From positions 1-31,766 of the forward strand of contig JAZDCZ010000433.1 in the NCBI GenBank assembly GCA_036679605.1: a stretch of 31,766 nt of DNA, given 5' to 3'. Position 1 is the stretch's first letter, and every line of letters starts with the position of its first letter. The notes beneath the pieces are model-generated. The model worked only from the letters and a program-made list of their open reading frames with translations, ran no database searches and was not told where the DNA came from. The translations under genes and the position numbers were made by a program. The stretch comes from Gemmatimonadota bacterium (GTDB taxonomy: Bacteria > Gemmatimonadota > Gemmatimonadetes > Gemmatimonadales > GWC2-71-9). Below are positions 8,451 through 16,882 of the stretch, piece by piece.

Positions 8451-9335
8451 ATGGCTGAAGCACCCGAAGACGGCCTCTACGTTGGGTCTCACCAGTTCAC
8501 ATTCTCCGAGAAAAACTGGAGGGAATCAGGCAGGGAGTTCTTGAGGTTCTTGTCCGGGGAGCTCAGCGCGTTCGCAGCGACGGCGCTGGGGCTCTGGGGG
8601 CTGGCAGGTGTCTTGGCAGCGGCGACGAATGAGAGCGTGCCAATTGAACGTCTAGCAACTCCGGTCCTACTTGCCGCCCTCGCGGTAGCGGTTTACCGGG
8701 CGTATCGGGCGAGGGACGCCCACGTGCCTGAGGCGCTCGCCTCGGAGAACTCTACGGTCCACCGGATCTTTCGGCGTCAGCGGTGTGGCTGGAATGCTGC
8801 GCTTGCGCGGGCGATGCTAGTTGACCGCATTGACGTTACGGAGGCGACCCTGCAGCGAATCAAGCTGGGGGCTGAGTATATCTCGCATCGTCGTGTGGAA
8901 CGAGAAGAGTACCTGGACTGGCTCAAGACCCGACCGGAGTCCATGCAGCGGCTCGTTCGTGCTGCCAGAGTGCTCGTTACAGAGATCTTGCCAGGGGTGA
9001 TCGGTCGCACGACTGGAGAGGCGGATCTGGCGGACTTGAAGAACGAAATCGACGCACTGGCAAGAGTGTATGGCTCTGCGCGGGATCTTGAGATCGAGTG
9101 CTTCCGCCTTGTGCCGCCCGAAGAGTTCGCTGCAATCCATGAGATGACCCATGGCTGGACGGACACCATCCGAAAGAGCGTACGAGAGTTCTGTGAAATT
9201 CTGGAGAACCTGGAGGCTGTCGGTAGGAAGCGACTCCTCAAAGGAGATGTTCCGTCACCGAACTTCCGCATCACTGTGGGCGCACCCGAGAACATCGAAG
9301 AGTTCAACAGGCAGTTAGAAGCATTCGCAGGCTAG
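8451..9335 (+). CDS. Cassette B1: membrane protein, two N-terminal TM helices and a helical domain
   Basis: 294-aa ORF filling the space between attI and attC B1; two hydrophobic stretches near the N-terminus. Confidence 0.8.
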   Translation: MAEAPEDGLYVGSHQFTFSEKNWRESGREFLRFLSGELSAFAATALGLWGLAGVLAAATNESVPIERLATPVLLAALAVAVYRAYRARDAHVPEALASENSTVHRIFRRQRCGWNAALARAMLVDRIDVTEATLQRIKLGAEYISHRRVEREEYLDWLKTRPESMQRLVRAARVLVTEILPGVIGRTTGEADLADLKNEIDALARVYGSARDLEIECFRLVPPEEFAAIHEMTHGWTDTIRKSVREFCEILENLEAVGRKRLLKGDVPSPNFRITVGAPENIEEFNRQLEAFAG

Positions 9336-9367
9336 GATCGAATTGGCGGATGTGGGTTCGACACGTC

Positions 9368-9462
9368 TTATAACAAACAATTGCCGGCTCCGTTCGCTTC
9401 GCTCACTTCGACGAGCACGGCTCGCTGAAGGCGAGCCGCGCCGGCAACTTAGAATGTTTTGT
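9368..9462 (+). repeat. attC-like site B1 (short family, 95 bp)
   Basis: TTATAAC...TTGCCGGC...GCCGGCAA...GTTTTGT. Confidence 0.85.
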
Positions 9463-9472
9463 AACACCACCC

Positions 9473-9946
9473 TTGGGAGACGCATTGAGACGTGACCAGA
9501 TGCATTCGATCGCACTCCAGTTTCGGCGAGCCATCGAGCAGGTTGGACCAAGGGACACAGTCTTTGCAGCGATGAAAAGCTTTCCCAAGGGGTGCTGCAA
9601 GGACACATCGTTCCTCTTGGCTCGGATTCTGAACCTAAGGTATGGAGTGCACGAGTCTCGATATGTATATGGCACGCGCGCAGCGGAGAGTCTAGAGTGG
9701 TATACACACGGCTGGCTCGAGACTGCGGGCTACATCCTGGATGTGACTGCTGATCAGTTCGAGGAGGTCAGTGAAAAGGTTATGGTGACGCCGATAGGAG
9801 AGAGCGAGTTTCACGATTCGTGGTCCGGGCAGTGCTCCTCCGCGTACCCGCGGTTCTGGAGCTTCAATGACGAAGCCGGGCCCCAATTCGAAGAGACTCT
9901 GGAGCTTCTGATGGCTGCGATGGCGTCTTCGCAGGTACGTGACTGA
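9473..9946 (+). CDS. Cassette B2 gene 1: papain/transglutaminase-like protein (start may be ATG 9500)
   Basis: FPKGCCKDTS...HGWLE...ILDVTADQF gives a Cys-His-Asp triad pattern. Confidence 0.65.
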   Translation: MGDALRRDQMHSIALQFRRAIEQVGPRDTVFAAMKSFPKGCCKDTSFLLARILNLRYGVHESRYVYGTRAAESLEWYTHGWLETAGYILDVTADQFEEVSEKVMVTPIGESEFHDSWSGQCSSAYPRFWSFNDEAGPQFEETLELLMAAMASSQVRD

Positions 9947-10319
9947 CGGAGGAATCTTGGGTAACAGGCAGCTCAGCAATTCGGAACTGGACGACCTTTT
10001 CCAGCCGCTTCTGGAAGAAACCCGGGCGAGTATTCGGGAGTTGGCGGGGCCCGATAATGAACTCGCCTGGGCTCTTCGACGGAAACTCTACAAGGAACTG
10101 AGTTACGACGAACGGGGAAAGCCAACGCACCGAAAGAGGCTCAAGGCGGCTAAGCGAGATCAGCAGAATGGCCTCTGCGCGCTTTGCGGTGAGTCGCTTC
10201 CTGAGAAGGGAGCCGTGCTTGATAGGTATGAAGCAATGAGCGGCTATACGGAGGAGAATACACGGCTACTCTGCCCCATCTGTGATACGCAGGTGCAGAC
10301 GAGCCAACGGTACTCGTAG
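9939..10319 (+). CDS. Cassette B2 gene 2: HNH-like Zn-binding nuclease
   Basis: CALC...VLDR...GYTEENTRLLCPIC; overlaps the upstream gene by 8 bp. Confidence 0.7.
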   Translation: MTDGGILGNRQLSNSELDDLFQPLLEETRASIRELAGPDNELAWALRRKLYKELSYDERGKPTHRKRLKAAKRDQQNGLCALCGESLPEKGAVLDRYEAMSGYTEENTRLLCPICDTQVQTSQRYS

Positions 10320-10341
10320 AACGTGTGGTGCGGGTGGCGTC

Positions 10342-10436
10342 ACATAACAATCAGTTGCCGGCTTCGTTCACTTCGCTCACTACGGCGAGCACGGCTCGCT
10401 TAACGCGAGCCGCACTGGCAACTTAGAACGTTATGA
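10342..10436 (+). repeat. attC-like site B2 (short family)
   Basis: ACATAAC...GTTGCCGG...CTGGCAAC...GTTATGA; near-identical to 26105-26198. Confidence 0.9.
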
Positions 10437-10458
10437 GACGTGCCTAGAGGGGACTGGG

Positions 10459-10879
10459 ATGCCTGAAGTCGAAACGAAGTTTGGTCGAATCGCGCTTCGT
10501 GCACATGAGCTAGCATCTGCGGGATTGCATGCTCTCGATGCCTGGCACGGAAGCCTTCAGGAGAAGTTACGCTGGGAGGCAGTTGGAAACCCAGACCCGT
10601 CACAGCTGCCCCAAGTGGGCCTTCAGCATCTTGTGCCATGAAGGACATCTCAAGGCAATCGAATCCGGAGGCTGCCCTAAGGCGGAGACCAGCAGTTCAG
10701 CCGCCTATGCGATCAGGGGACTGAGGCAGTTGCTGAAGGAGCCGTGGCTGGCACGGAATAGAAGAGCGCTTAAGAGCCGCGTGTTTGGTGACCGCGGCGA
10801 TCCGGACCATCGAACGCCTAATGGTGAGATGGAGGTTCTCCTCGCACTTTGGAAGGCGGGGGCCATGAGTCGAGGCTGA
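10459..10879 (+). pseudogene. Cassette B3 gene 1: frameshifted DUF6979-like gene
   Basis: ORF 10459 (KFGRIAL...DAW) continues in another frame after about 10546 (SCPKWAFSILCHEG...NGEMEVLLALW), consistent with a single +1 base. Confidence 0.55.
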
Positions 10880-10931
10880 TGTGATCAAGTGGCCGGCAGG
10901 TGAGCAGTTGAATTGAGATCGTGGAGGCAAG

Positions 10932-11162
10932 ATGGGAAGTCGCGAAGATCGGGAGACAACGAGTCGGGGATACGTAAATCGGAATCGCCAGACCAACGTC
11001 CGTGCGACGGATCTCCCCGGGAATGATCATCTGCAAAGGATCTATGTCCTCAAATGCCAGGACTGCGGAAACAAGTATGGAGCTAATGGCTCAGACGTCT
11101 TTCAGCGGAAGTGCCCAGAGTGCCAAGGCGGTGCTCCAGGGCTGCCGTTCGATGGCCCCTAG
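10932..11162 (+). CDS. Cassette B3 gene 2: small Zn-ribbon protein
   Basis: GGAGG RBS; CQDC...YGANGSD...CPECQGG. Confidence 0.75.
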   Translation: MGSREDRETTSRGYVNRNRQTNVRATDLPGNDHLQRIYVLKCQDCGNKYGANGSDVFQRKCPECQGGAPGLPFDGP

Positions 11163-11204
11163 GTGAGCAGGATCGCAAGCCAGGAGATTCGACCGCGGCA
11201 CATC

Positions 11205-11356
11205 TCATAACACTGGGCCTCCGGCTCGGGCCGCCACATGCGACCCTCGACCCAACCGGCCGCGACCGGGACGGTGCTGGTGACTGGAAGTGATAGATCA
11301 ACGAAAGTGAAGCAAGAACAGAAGCAGGGCCGGTTCGGAGGCCCTGAACGTTATCT
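11205..11356 (+). repeat. attC-like site B3 (long family, 152 bp)
   Basis: TCATAAC-ACT-GGGCCTCCG...CGGAGGCCC-TGAAC-GTTATCT; closely similar to 27311-27462. Confidence 0.9.
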
Positions 11357-11411
11357 GACACACGCACCCCCAGGGATGAGAATCCACTTTAGCCTAAGAG
11401 AAGGCAGAACC

Positions 11412-12032
11412 ATGGATGCTGATGTTCCCTACATGCCGTCGATCAAGAATTTGCCTGCGATCTTGGACTCCATTCAAAACGCCGGAGCCCCTGATGCCTT
11501 CGGTTTGGACTTCCTCCAGGACCTAGGCTACACCAGCTCGAATGACCGCTCCGTAATCAAGGTCCTGAAATATCTTGGCTTGCTCGACGCGTCAGGGAAG
11601 CCGCAAGCCGCGTACCGGGAGTTCATGGATCACACCAAGGCCAAGTCAGTGCTTGCTGGCCGGCTTTGCCACGCGTACGACGATCTTTTTCGCGCCGACA
11701 AGGAAGCGCAGTCCCGGACCACAGAGAAACTCAAAGGCTGGTTCAAGACCAAGACCGGAGTGGGCGACGCGGTAGCAACCAAGATGGCGTCAACGTTCAG
11801 GGCGCTAGCAGCCTATGCTGACTTCACCGACGTCCCGGCAGTTGAGCCGAAACTCGAAGCGGAGCTTCCTAAAGAGGAGACGACGGAGGAGGAAGAACCG
11901 AAGCGTGAGACACCACTCCCGAATCAAAGCCTCGGGCTGACCTTCCGAGTGGAGGTCAACCTCCCGGACACGACGAATGTGGATACCTACCGGGCGATAT
12001 TTCGCGCGCTCCGCGAGGAACTCCTGTCGTGA
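11412..12032 (+). CDS. Cassette B4 gene 1: DUF5343-like protein
   Basis: PYMPSIKNLPAILDSIQNAGAPDAFGLDFLQDLGYTSSNDR...LKYLGLLD. The longer ORF from 11238 runs through the attC, so ATG 11412 is preferred. Confidence 0.75.
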   Translation: MDADVPYMPSIKNLPAILDSIQNAGAPDAFGLDFLQDLGYTSSNDRSVIKVLKYLGLLDASGKPQAAYREFMDHTKAKSVLAGRLCHAYDDLFRADKEAQSRTTEKLKGWFKTKTGVGDAVATKMASTFRALAAYADFTDVPAVEPKLEAELPKEETTEEEEPKRETPLPNQSLGLTFRVEVNLPDTTNVDTYRAIFRALREELLS

Positions 12033-12604
12033 GGCGGCAGATAAAGCAGTTTGTGTTCTCCGGGCTCCTAGCGCGCCATGCCGTACAGGACATGGAAGCC
12101 GTGGGCCTTCTTCACCATGCCAACGTCACCGTCACTGAGCGCGGGGACGGCGACCTCTACGCATCGGTGCAGGAGCGCATTCGCACTGGCTCCATTGAGA
12201 TGCAGCGCGTTTATCGCGTGCTGTTTGTCCTAGAGAACATGGTGAGAGGGCTCATCAGCTCGCGCCTTCAGGAGGCTGATGGCGCAGATTGGTTCGAGAA
12301 GCGTGCTGGTGCGCCCATGAAGCGCAACGTTGAGAAGCGGCGTGAAGCGGAAGCGAAGAACCAGTGGCATACCGGCCGGAACAAGGAGCCAATCTATTAT
12401 CTCGACTTCGGCGACCTATCGAAGCTCCTGGTCACCCATTGGTCTGAGTTCGAGGACCTTCTCCCTAGCCAAACCTGGGTGCAAAGCCGCCTTGAGGATG
12501 CCGAACGAAGTCGGAACGTGATCGCCCACACGAATCTCCTCTCCTCAGACGAGGTGTCCCGTCTTGAGATGTACCTTCGTGACTGGATTAAGCAGATAGG
12601 CTGA
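12029..12604 (+). CDS. Cassette B4 gene 2: Swt1-like HEPN RNase candidate
   Basis: LFVLENMVR, YLDFGDLSKL and the HEPN RxxxxH motif RNVIAH; GTGA overlap with the upstream gene. Confidence 0.8.
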   Translation: MRRQIKQFVFSGLLARHAVQDMEAVGLLHHANVTVTERGDGDLYASVQERIRTGSIEMQRVYRVLFVLENMVRGLISSRLQEADGADWFEKRAGAPMKRNVEKRREAEAKNQWHTGRNKEPIYYLDFGDLSKLLVTHWSEFEDLLPSQTWVQSRLEDAERSRNVIAHTNLLSSDEVSRLEMYLRDWIKQIG

Positions 12605-12662
12605 CGATGTACTCCACGGAGCACGAGGTGCTCGGCATTCGGAATGCAGAGGGCTGTGAGTC

Positions 12663-13466
12663 ATGACCGATTTTTCACCAAGAACAGTGCTGGCCGCTGT
12701 TGAGGCGTTTGGGTTCAACACTAACGCTCAGGTCGAGAACCTCGCCCTGGAGTATGGCCTAGATGGTATCATGGGTGATGGAGGGATCGCCAAGAAGGAG
12801 TCTCGTTTGGCCAGACACTTGGTTGAGCACCCTGAACTAACGGGCTACGCCGGCGTGAGCTTGGTCTACGAATTGATCGAGAAGGCGATCGACGCACGGT
12901 GCCAACCCGATTGGGGAGGCCCACACGATCCGGTTGAGGTCGTGCCGAAGCTCGTCAACTCGTTGGAGCAGGACGGCTTCATCGTCGAGGACTACAAACT
13001 GGTGCGGATGTTGCCGGACGCGGTTCCGGTTGCGGCCGCGCAAGACGAACTCACACGCCTCCTCGAGAAGCACGGTTTCGCCACGGCGGCCGGGCACCTT
13101 GGCCAAGCGTTGACTGCCCATGCCAGGGGTGATTGGGCGGCCGCCAATGCCCAATTGAGGACGTTCGTTGAGGAGCTGTTCGATAGAATTGCTGATCATC
13201 TCTCAGGTGGGGAAAGCGGAGCTTTTGGCTCGAGTCACGAGCGGCGGGAGTGGCTTGCGACGTGCGGCCCACCGTTCTTCGATCCAGAATTGAACGAGTG
13301 GGATCCCGGGAAGAGTGGCGGGTTCCTACAGGGTTTCTGGCGGCGCCTGCATCCGGAGGGGTCTCACCCCGGCCTATCGGACGAAGCGGATTCGAGTCTC
13401 CGGCTTCATCTTGTGCTGATCACGACAGAGCATTTCATGGGTCGTTTCGATCAGCGCGTGACGTAG
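12663..13466 (+). CDS. Cassette B4 gene 3: abortive-infection-like protein (Abi_C/HEPN-like C-terminus)
   Basis: HLGQAL...GDWAAANAQLRTFVEELF...RLHPEGSHPG helical pattern resembling Abi C-terminal domains. Confidence 0.55.
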   Translation: MTDFSPRTVLAAVEAFGFNTNAQVENLALEYGLDGIMGDGGIAKKESRLARHLVEHPELTGYAGVSLVYELIEKAIDARCQPDWGGPHDPVEVVPKLVNSLEQDGFIVEDYKLVRMLPDAVPVAAAQDELTRLLEKHGFATAAGHLGQALTAHARGDWAAANAQLRTFVEELFDRIADHLSGGESGAFGSSHERREWLATCGPPFFDPELNEWDPGKSGGFLQGFWRRLHPEGSHPGLSDEADSSLRLHLVLITTEHFMGRFDQRVT

Positions 13467-13469
13467 GAG

Positions 13470-13665
13470 GGTACTGTCAACTTGCGCCCGACAGCGTCAG
13501 ACTCTGCGGATGAGAACGAACTCAACGAACTACCGCGGCCATCGGTTTCCGCCTGAAATCATCAGCAACGGTGTCTGGTTGTACTGCCGATTCTGCTTGA
13601 GCTTCCGTGACGTGGAGGAACTCCTCGGGAAGCGTGGAATTCTTGTCACCTAGGAGACCGTCAGA
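13470..13665 (+). mobile_element. IS6-family remnant (left end and transposase 5' pseudogene)
   Basis: GGTACTGTCAACTT end, then ATG 13510: YRGHRFPPEIISNGVWLYCRFCLSFRDVEELLGKRGILVT*ETVR. Confidence 0.85.
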
Positions 13666-13787
13666 TGCGGCGCCCATGCCAACCAAGCATCGCACCAGAC
13701 CCTAGATGGGCCGGCTGCAGCACCCTATCCTTCAATCTGTCGACTCGTCAACATGCGAGATGTCACTGAGACTTTGAGGGGGGGGGA

Positions 13788-14966
13788 GTGATCACTCGAC
13801 TATTAGGAGTGGCCTTGCTTGCGAGTTGCCTGGCAACCCCCGTGGTCGCGCAGGTTTCGATCCGGGTCGTGGACTCCTCCGGCCATCCGGTTCCGGCGGT
13901 CCTCATCGAGGTCTACGGACGCGGGGAGCTCATCGCAGTCACCTCCACCTCTGCGGATGGCGGTGCTCAGCTGAGTTCCGAGCGGTGGTCCCAGGTGCGT
14001 CGGATCACCCTTAGACATCTTGGTTTCCAGACACTCATCGTCCAGGTCGATGAGATTCCGCCAGATGGGTTGATCCAACTCGAGTCCCGACCGATAGAGA
14101 TCGAAGGCCTCACGGTTGAAGCGAGGGAGCTGTGCCCGATCAATGACAGCCCGGAGGCACGTAGGCGTTGGTCGGAGGTCGCATCTCTCTACTCAAGAGA
14201 AACCGGGTCTCGAGCGTGGTCAGTGTATTACTCAGGGCATGCCGGTCGAGTACAAGAGGTGGATCTACATCGACCGACCGACTCTGGGGCAGTGGGCCGC
14301 GTGTCTGGAGGTGGGGCCGGAGTCGTACACGGCGGCGACCGTGCCCCTAGCTCCTTGGACGACCACATTCGGACCGAGGGTTACGCGTGGCCCCCTCTCA
14401 TTATAGGCGGCACCACGGGCTCCCGTACGCGGGCGTGGAAGTATCCCCAACTCGACCATGAGCATGCATACCACTTCGCGAGCTCCGTATTCGGCGCTCT
14501 CCACAACTTCGAGGTCGTGCGTGAGTCGGAAGGACAGACCACGCTGGCTTTCTGCCCGAACGGTGCGGGGAATGGAGCGACGATCAAGGGCCTCCTCACG
14601 TTAGGCCCTGGAGAAGCCTTGATCGCTGCCGAATGGCGCTTCGAGACAAAGGACCCCGATGAAGGGGCAGGTGGAGCAGTTTCGTTCGCATCCTACATCG
14701 AGGCGCCGGGGCTGAAGCCTCACCTTGTGGCGTCCCGCGGGCTCTTCTATCTCCCTAGCGGGAGGAAATCCCCGTACCCGGATGGCCCTCGAACGTACGC
14801 CCGCGTCGTTACGGTCCAGTCACGATGGTACATCCATCCATCAGCTGAACATCCATGTAAGCCAGGTGGTGGCCGTGGCTTCTTCACGGTTCACACAGAT
14901 CCCCCGAACTCACCCCTCGGCATCCGCTTCTCTGAGTGTGTGGCCCGCTATTGGGGCCTCCGATAG
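13788..14966 (+). CDS. Secreted protein with carboxypeptidase-regulatory-like N-terminal domain
   Basis: Signal peptide ending VVAQ; RVVDSSGHPVP...TSADG...RHLGFQT...PIEIEGLTVEA. Confidence 0.75.
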   Translation: MITRLLGVALLASCLATPVVAQVSIRVVDSSGHPVPAVLIEVYGRGELIAVTSTSADGGAQLSSERWSQVRRITLRHLGFQTLIVQVDEIPPDGLIQLESRPIEIEGLTVEARELCPINDSPEARRRWSEVASLYSRETGSRAWSVYYSGHAGRVQEVDLHRPTDSGAVGRVSGGGAGVVHGGDRAPSSLDDHIRTEGYAWPPLIIGGTTGSRTRAWKYPQLDHEHAYHFASSVFGALHNFEVVRESEGQTTLAFCPNGAGNGATIKGLLTLGPGEALIAAEWRFETKDPDEGAGGAVSFASYIEAPGLKPHLVASRGLFYLPSGRKSPYPDGPRTYARVVTVQSRWYIHPSAEHPCKPGGGRGFFTVHTDPPNSPLGIRFSECVARYWGLR

Positions 14967-15153
14967 CCGTCGGTCGCGAGGAAACGTGAGCCTGTCGTGC
15001 AAGGTGGAGTAACGCTGCTACTTGCACCTCCGGCTGCTGGTAACAGGGGCTTCACGCAAGAAGTCACGCTCCCAATTCGAGGTGACAGTACCTTCCCCGG
15101 ACCGGCAAGCCCATCAATTCGAGCGCGGCCGGGATTGGTCGGGTCCTTTGGGC

Positions 15154-15186
15154 CACTCCATGTGTCGATTGGGCCGTATCGACACA
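15154..15186 (+). repeat. Junction J2 partial arm
   Basis: CACTCCATGTGTCGATTGGGCCG matches the 113-bp arm and is followed by an inverted copy ATCGACACA. Confidence 0.75.
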
Positions 15187-15243
15187 TCAACTGGCCCAAT
15201 GGGGCTGAAAATCAAATGTCTAAGCCGATTAGTCCCTGATACT

Positions 15244-15278
15244 GGAGCAGGGGGTCCCCGGGTCGAATCCGGGCGCCC
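15244..15278 (+). other. tRNA-Pro 3'-half fragment at J2 (att core remnant)
   Basis: GGAGCAGGGGGTCCCCGGGTCGAATCCGGGCGCCC has one mismatch to 22219-22253. Confidence 0.8.
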
Positions 15279-15545
15279 TCCCGCGCTCTCGAAGATCCCC
15301 CCAGTCTCCCGCGAGACGAGCGAGAATCGCGTCAGCGATTCGCAGCTCCATCCGGGCGCCCCCTCGGGCTTGAGTTCCTAGTCGAGAACAGTCTGCCTGG
15401 GAGGATCAACTCCACTGCCAGTGGTGCGCGCCTCACACGAGCAGCACGAGTCCGTGCGGGGGTCAAACTCTGCGTGCGCCATGAGGCTTTCCCACTGGAT
15501 GCGCGTCGACTCAGTGCCAGGCCTTCCACCCCAGGAGATCAACAC

Positions 15546-15899
15546 ATGAAGTCGGAAGGAGTTGAGGGAGCAGCAGAACGGATCAGGCGGACCCTACGGG
15601 ATTGGAGAGAGGTTTCCCTATCGGAGCACCCTGCCGGGGAAACCGTTTCTAGGGTGGGGGAGAAGGAGTTTGGGCAGGTACTCGGCAATGTCTAGGTCGG
15701 TATCAAGTTTGCCTCTGACGTAATCGACGAGTTGGAGGCCCACGAGGAGGTCGACTCGGTCTATGTCGATGATGCCGGACAGGGGCGAGTCACGGTACAC
15801 CTCCGACGCCGTATCGATGGTGCACACGCGATCGCGCTCCTCGAGCGGTCCTATTGGGACATCCTCATGATCGATGAGATCAAGGAACAGCTCACCTAG
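15546..15899 (+). pseudogene. Hypothetical gene with in-frame TAG at 15693
   Basis: AGGAGA RBS; the frame continues for 67 protein-like codons after the stop (VGIKFASDVIDELEAHEEV...). Confidence 0.5.
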
Positions 15900-16005
15900 C
15901 CAACGGTGCACAATGCCTCTAGGAGGGAGTCCGCGTAAACCCAAAGGGGCCGGACCGCCCGTTAGGACTGCCCGGCCCCCTCTGTCTTACATCTGCCAGG
16001 AACCT

Positions 16006-16866
16006 CTAACCTCCTCCGACCCGTCCCCGGATCTTCTGCTCGAACTCAATGCCAAACCTCCCGCGTTCGCGAGCGGCCGCGACAACAGGGAGGCGCTTGA
16101 TCTCGTCCAAAACACGTAGCACGTTCCGTCGTGCGTTGTCGGAGACTGCATACGGCGAGCCGCGAGGCTCAGCAGCGGAAAACGCTAAGTAGTTGAAGAG
16201 TTCACCGGCCCACTTGCCTTCCGGATGCGTTCGGACCTCCTCGGCTGCCGTCGCCACGAATTCATCCCTCATCTCGCTACGAAGAAGTTCGTTGAGTTCA
16301 CCGGCGAAATAATTATTGCGGGGAAACTTGTCCTGTTGGAAAACAACTAGGAAGACGTCCGCTCGAACCGACAACTCTCCGGCCTCACTCACACCCAACA
16401 GGATACCGCCTCTCACATCGTCCGACACACCCTCGCTCACGATCGCTGCTCGCAGTGCCGAGAGATGCTCGGGGCGGTCGGATGTTACGAGTGCTTCGGC
16501 TATGACCTTGCCGGTGAAGGCTCCCGTGGCGAATCCCAACGCACGGCTGAACCACGCGTTCACTACGGCGTCGTTGCACCGTAGGATGGCCTGCCACCCG
16601 GCGGCGATCTGCCAAGTCTGCGTATCCGTGGGGACGATCGCTGCCATGCCGTTCACCACCGCACGATACCATGGATGTTCACCTGGACAGGCGGCTGCAG
16701 ATGCGAAGTGAAGTGTAGGATGCCCCCCGGCGATCCACTCAGCGACTGTCGTTTGTGCATCAGGAAACCCAAGAGTGGGTGATTCTTGAGCCGCTAGGGG
16801 ACTGAGCGTAAGAGCGGACAAACAGACGACCACATGTATCTTGTAGCGGATATTTCTCAGTCTCAT
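16006..16866 (-). CDS. Secreted helical protein
   Basis: CAGGAG RBS before ATG 16866; signal peptide ending PLAA-QE; 16 bp from the upstream gene. Confidence 0.7.
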   Translation of the reverse strand: MRLRNIRYKIHVVVCLSALTLSPLAAQESPTLGFPDAQTTVAEWIAGGHPTLHFASAAACPGEHPWYRAVVNGMAAIVPTDTQTWQIAAGWQAILRCNDAVVNAWFSRALGFATGAFTGKVIAEALVTSDRPEHLSALRAAIVSEGVSDDVRGGILLGVSEAGELSVRADVFLVVFQQDKFPRNNYFAGELNELLRSEMRDEFVATAAEEVRTHPEGKWAGELFNYLAFSAAEPRGSPYAVSDNARRNVLRVLDEIKRLPVVAAARERGRFGIEFEQKIRGRVGGG

Positions 16867-16882
16867 CGGTCTTATCTCCTGG

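Larger units (their letters stand above)
7574..15243. mobile_element. Island B: integron-carrying island between tRNA-Pro junctions J1 and J2
   Basis: Bounded by repeated arm and tRNA-fragment junctions; contains attI, 4 cassettes, an IS6 remnant and a secreted-protein gene. Confidence 0.65.

Noticed and set aside
6660..15695. TAG recoding suggested by in-frame TAGs at 6660, 13651 and 15693
   Set aside because: Many intact genes here end in TAG at their expected C-termini (hicA, higA, DUF2130), so pseudogenisation is the simpler explanation.
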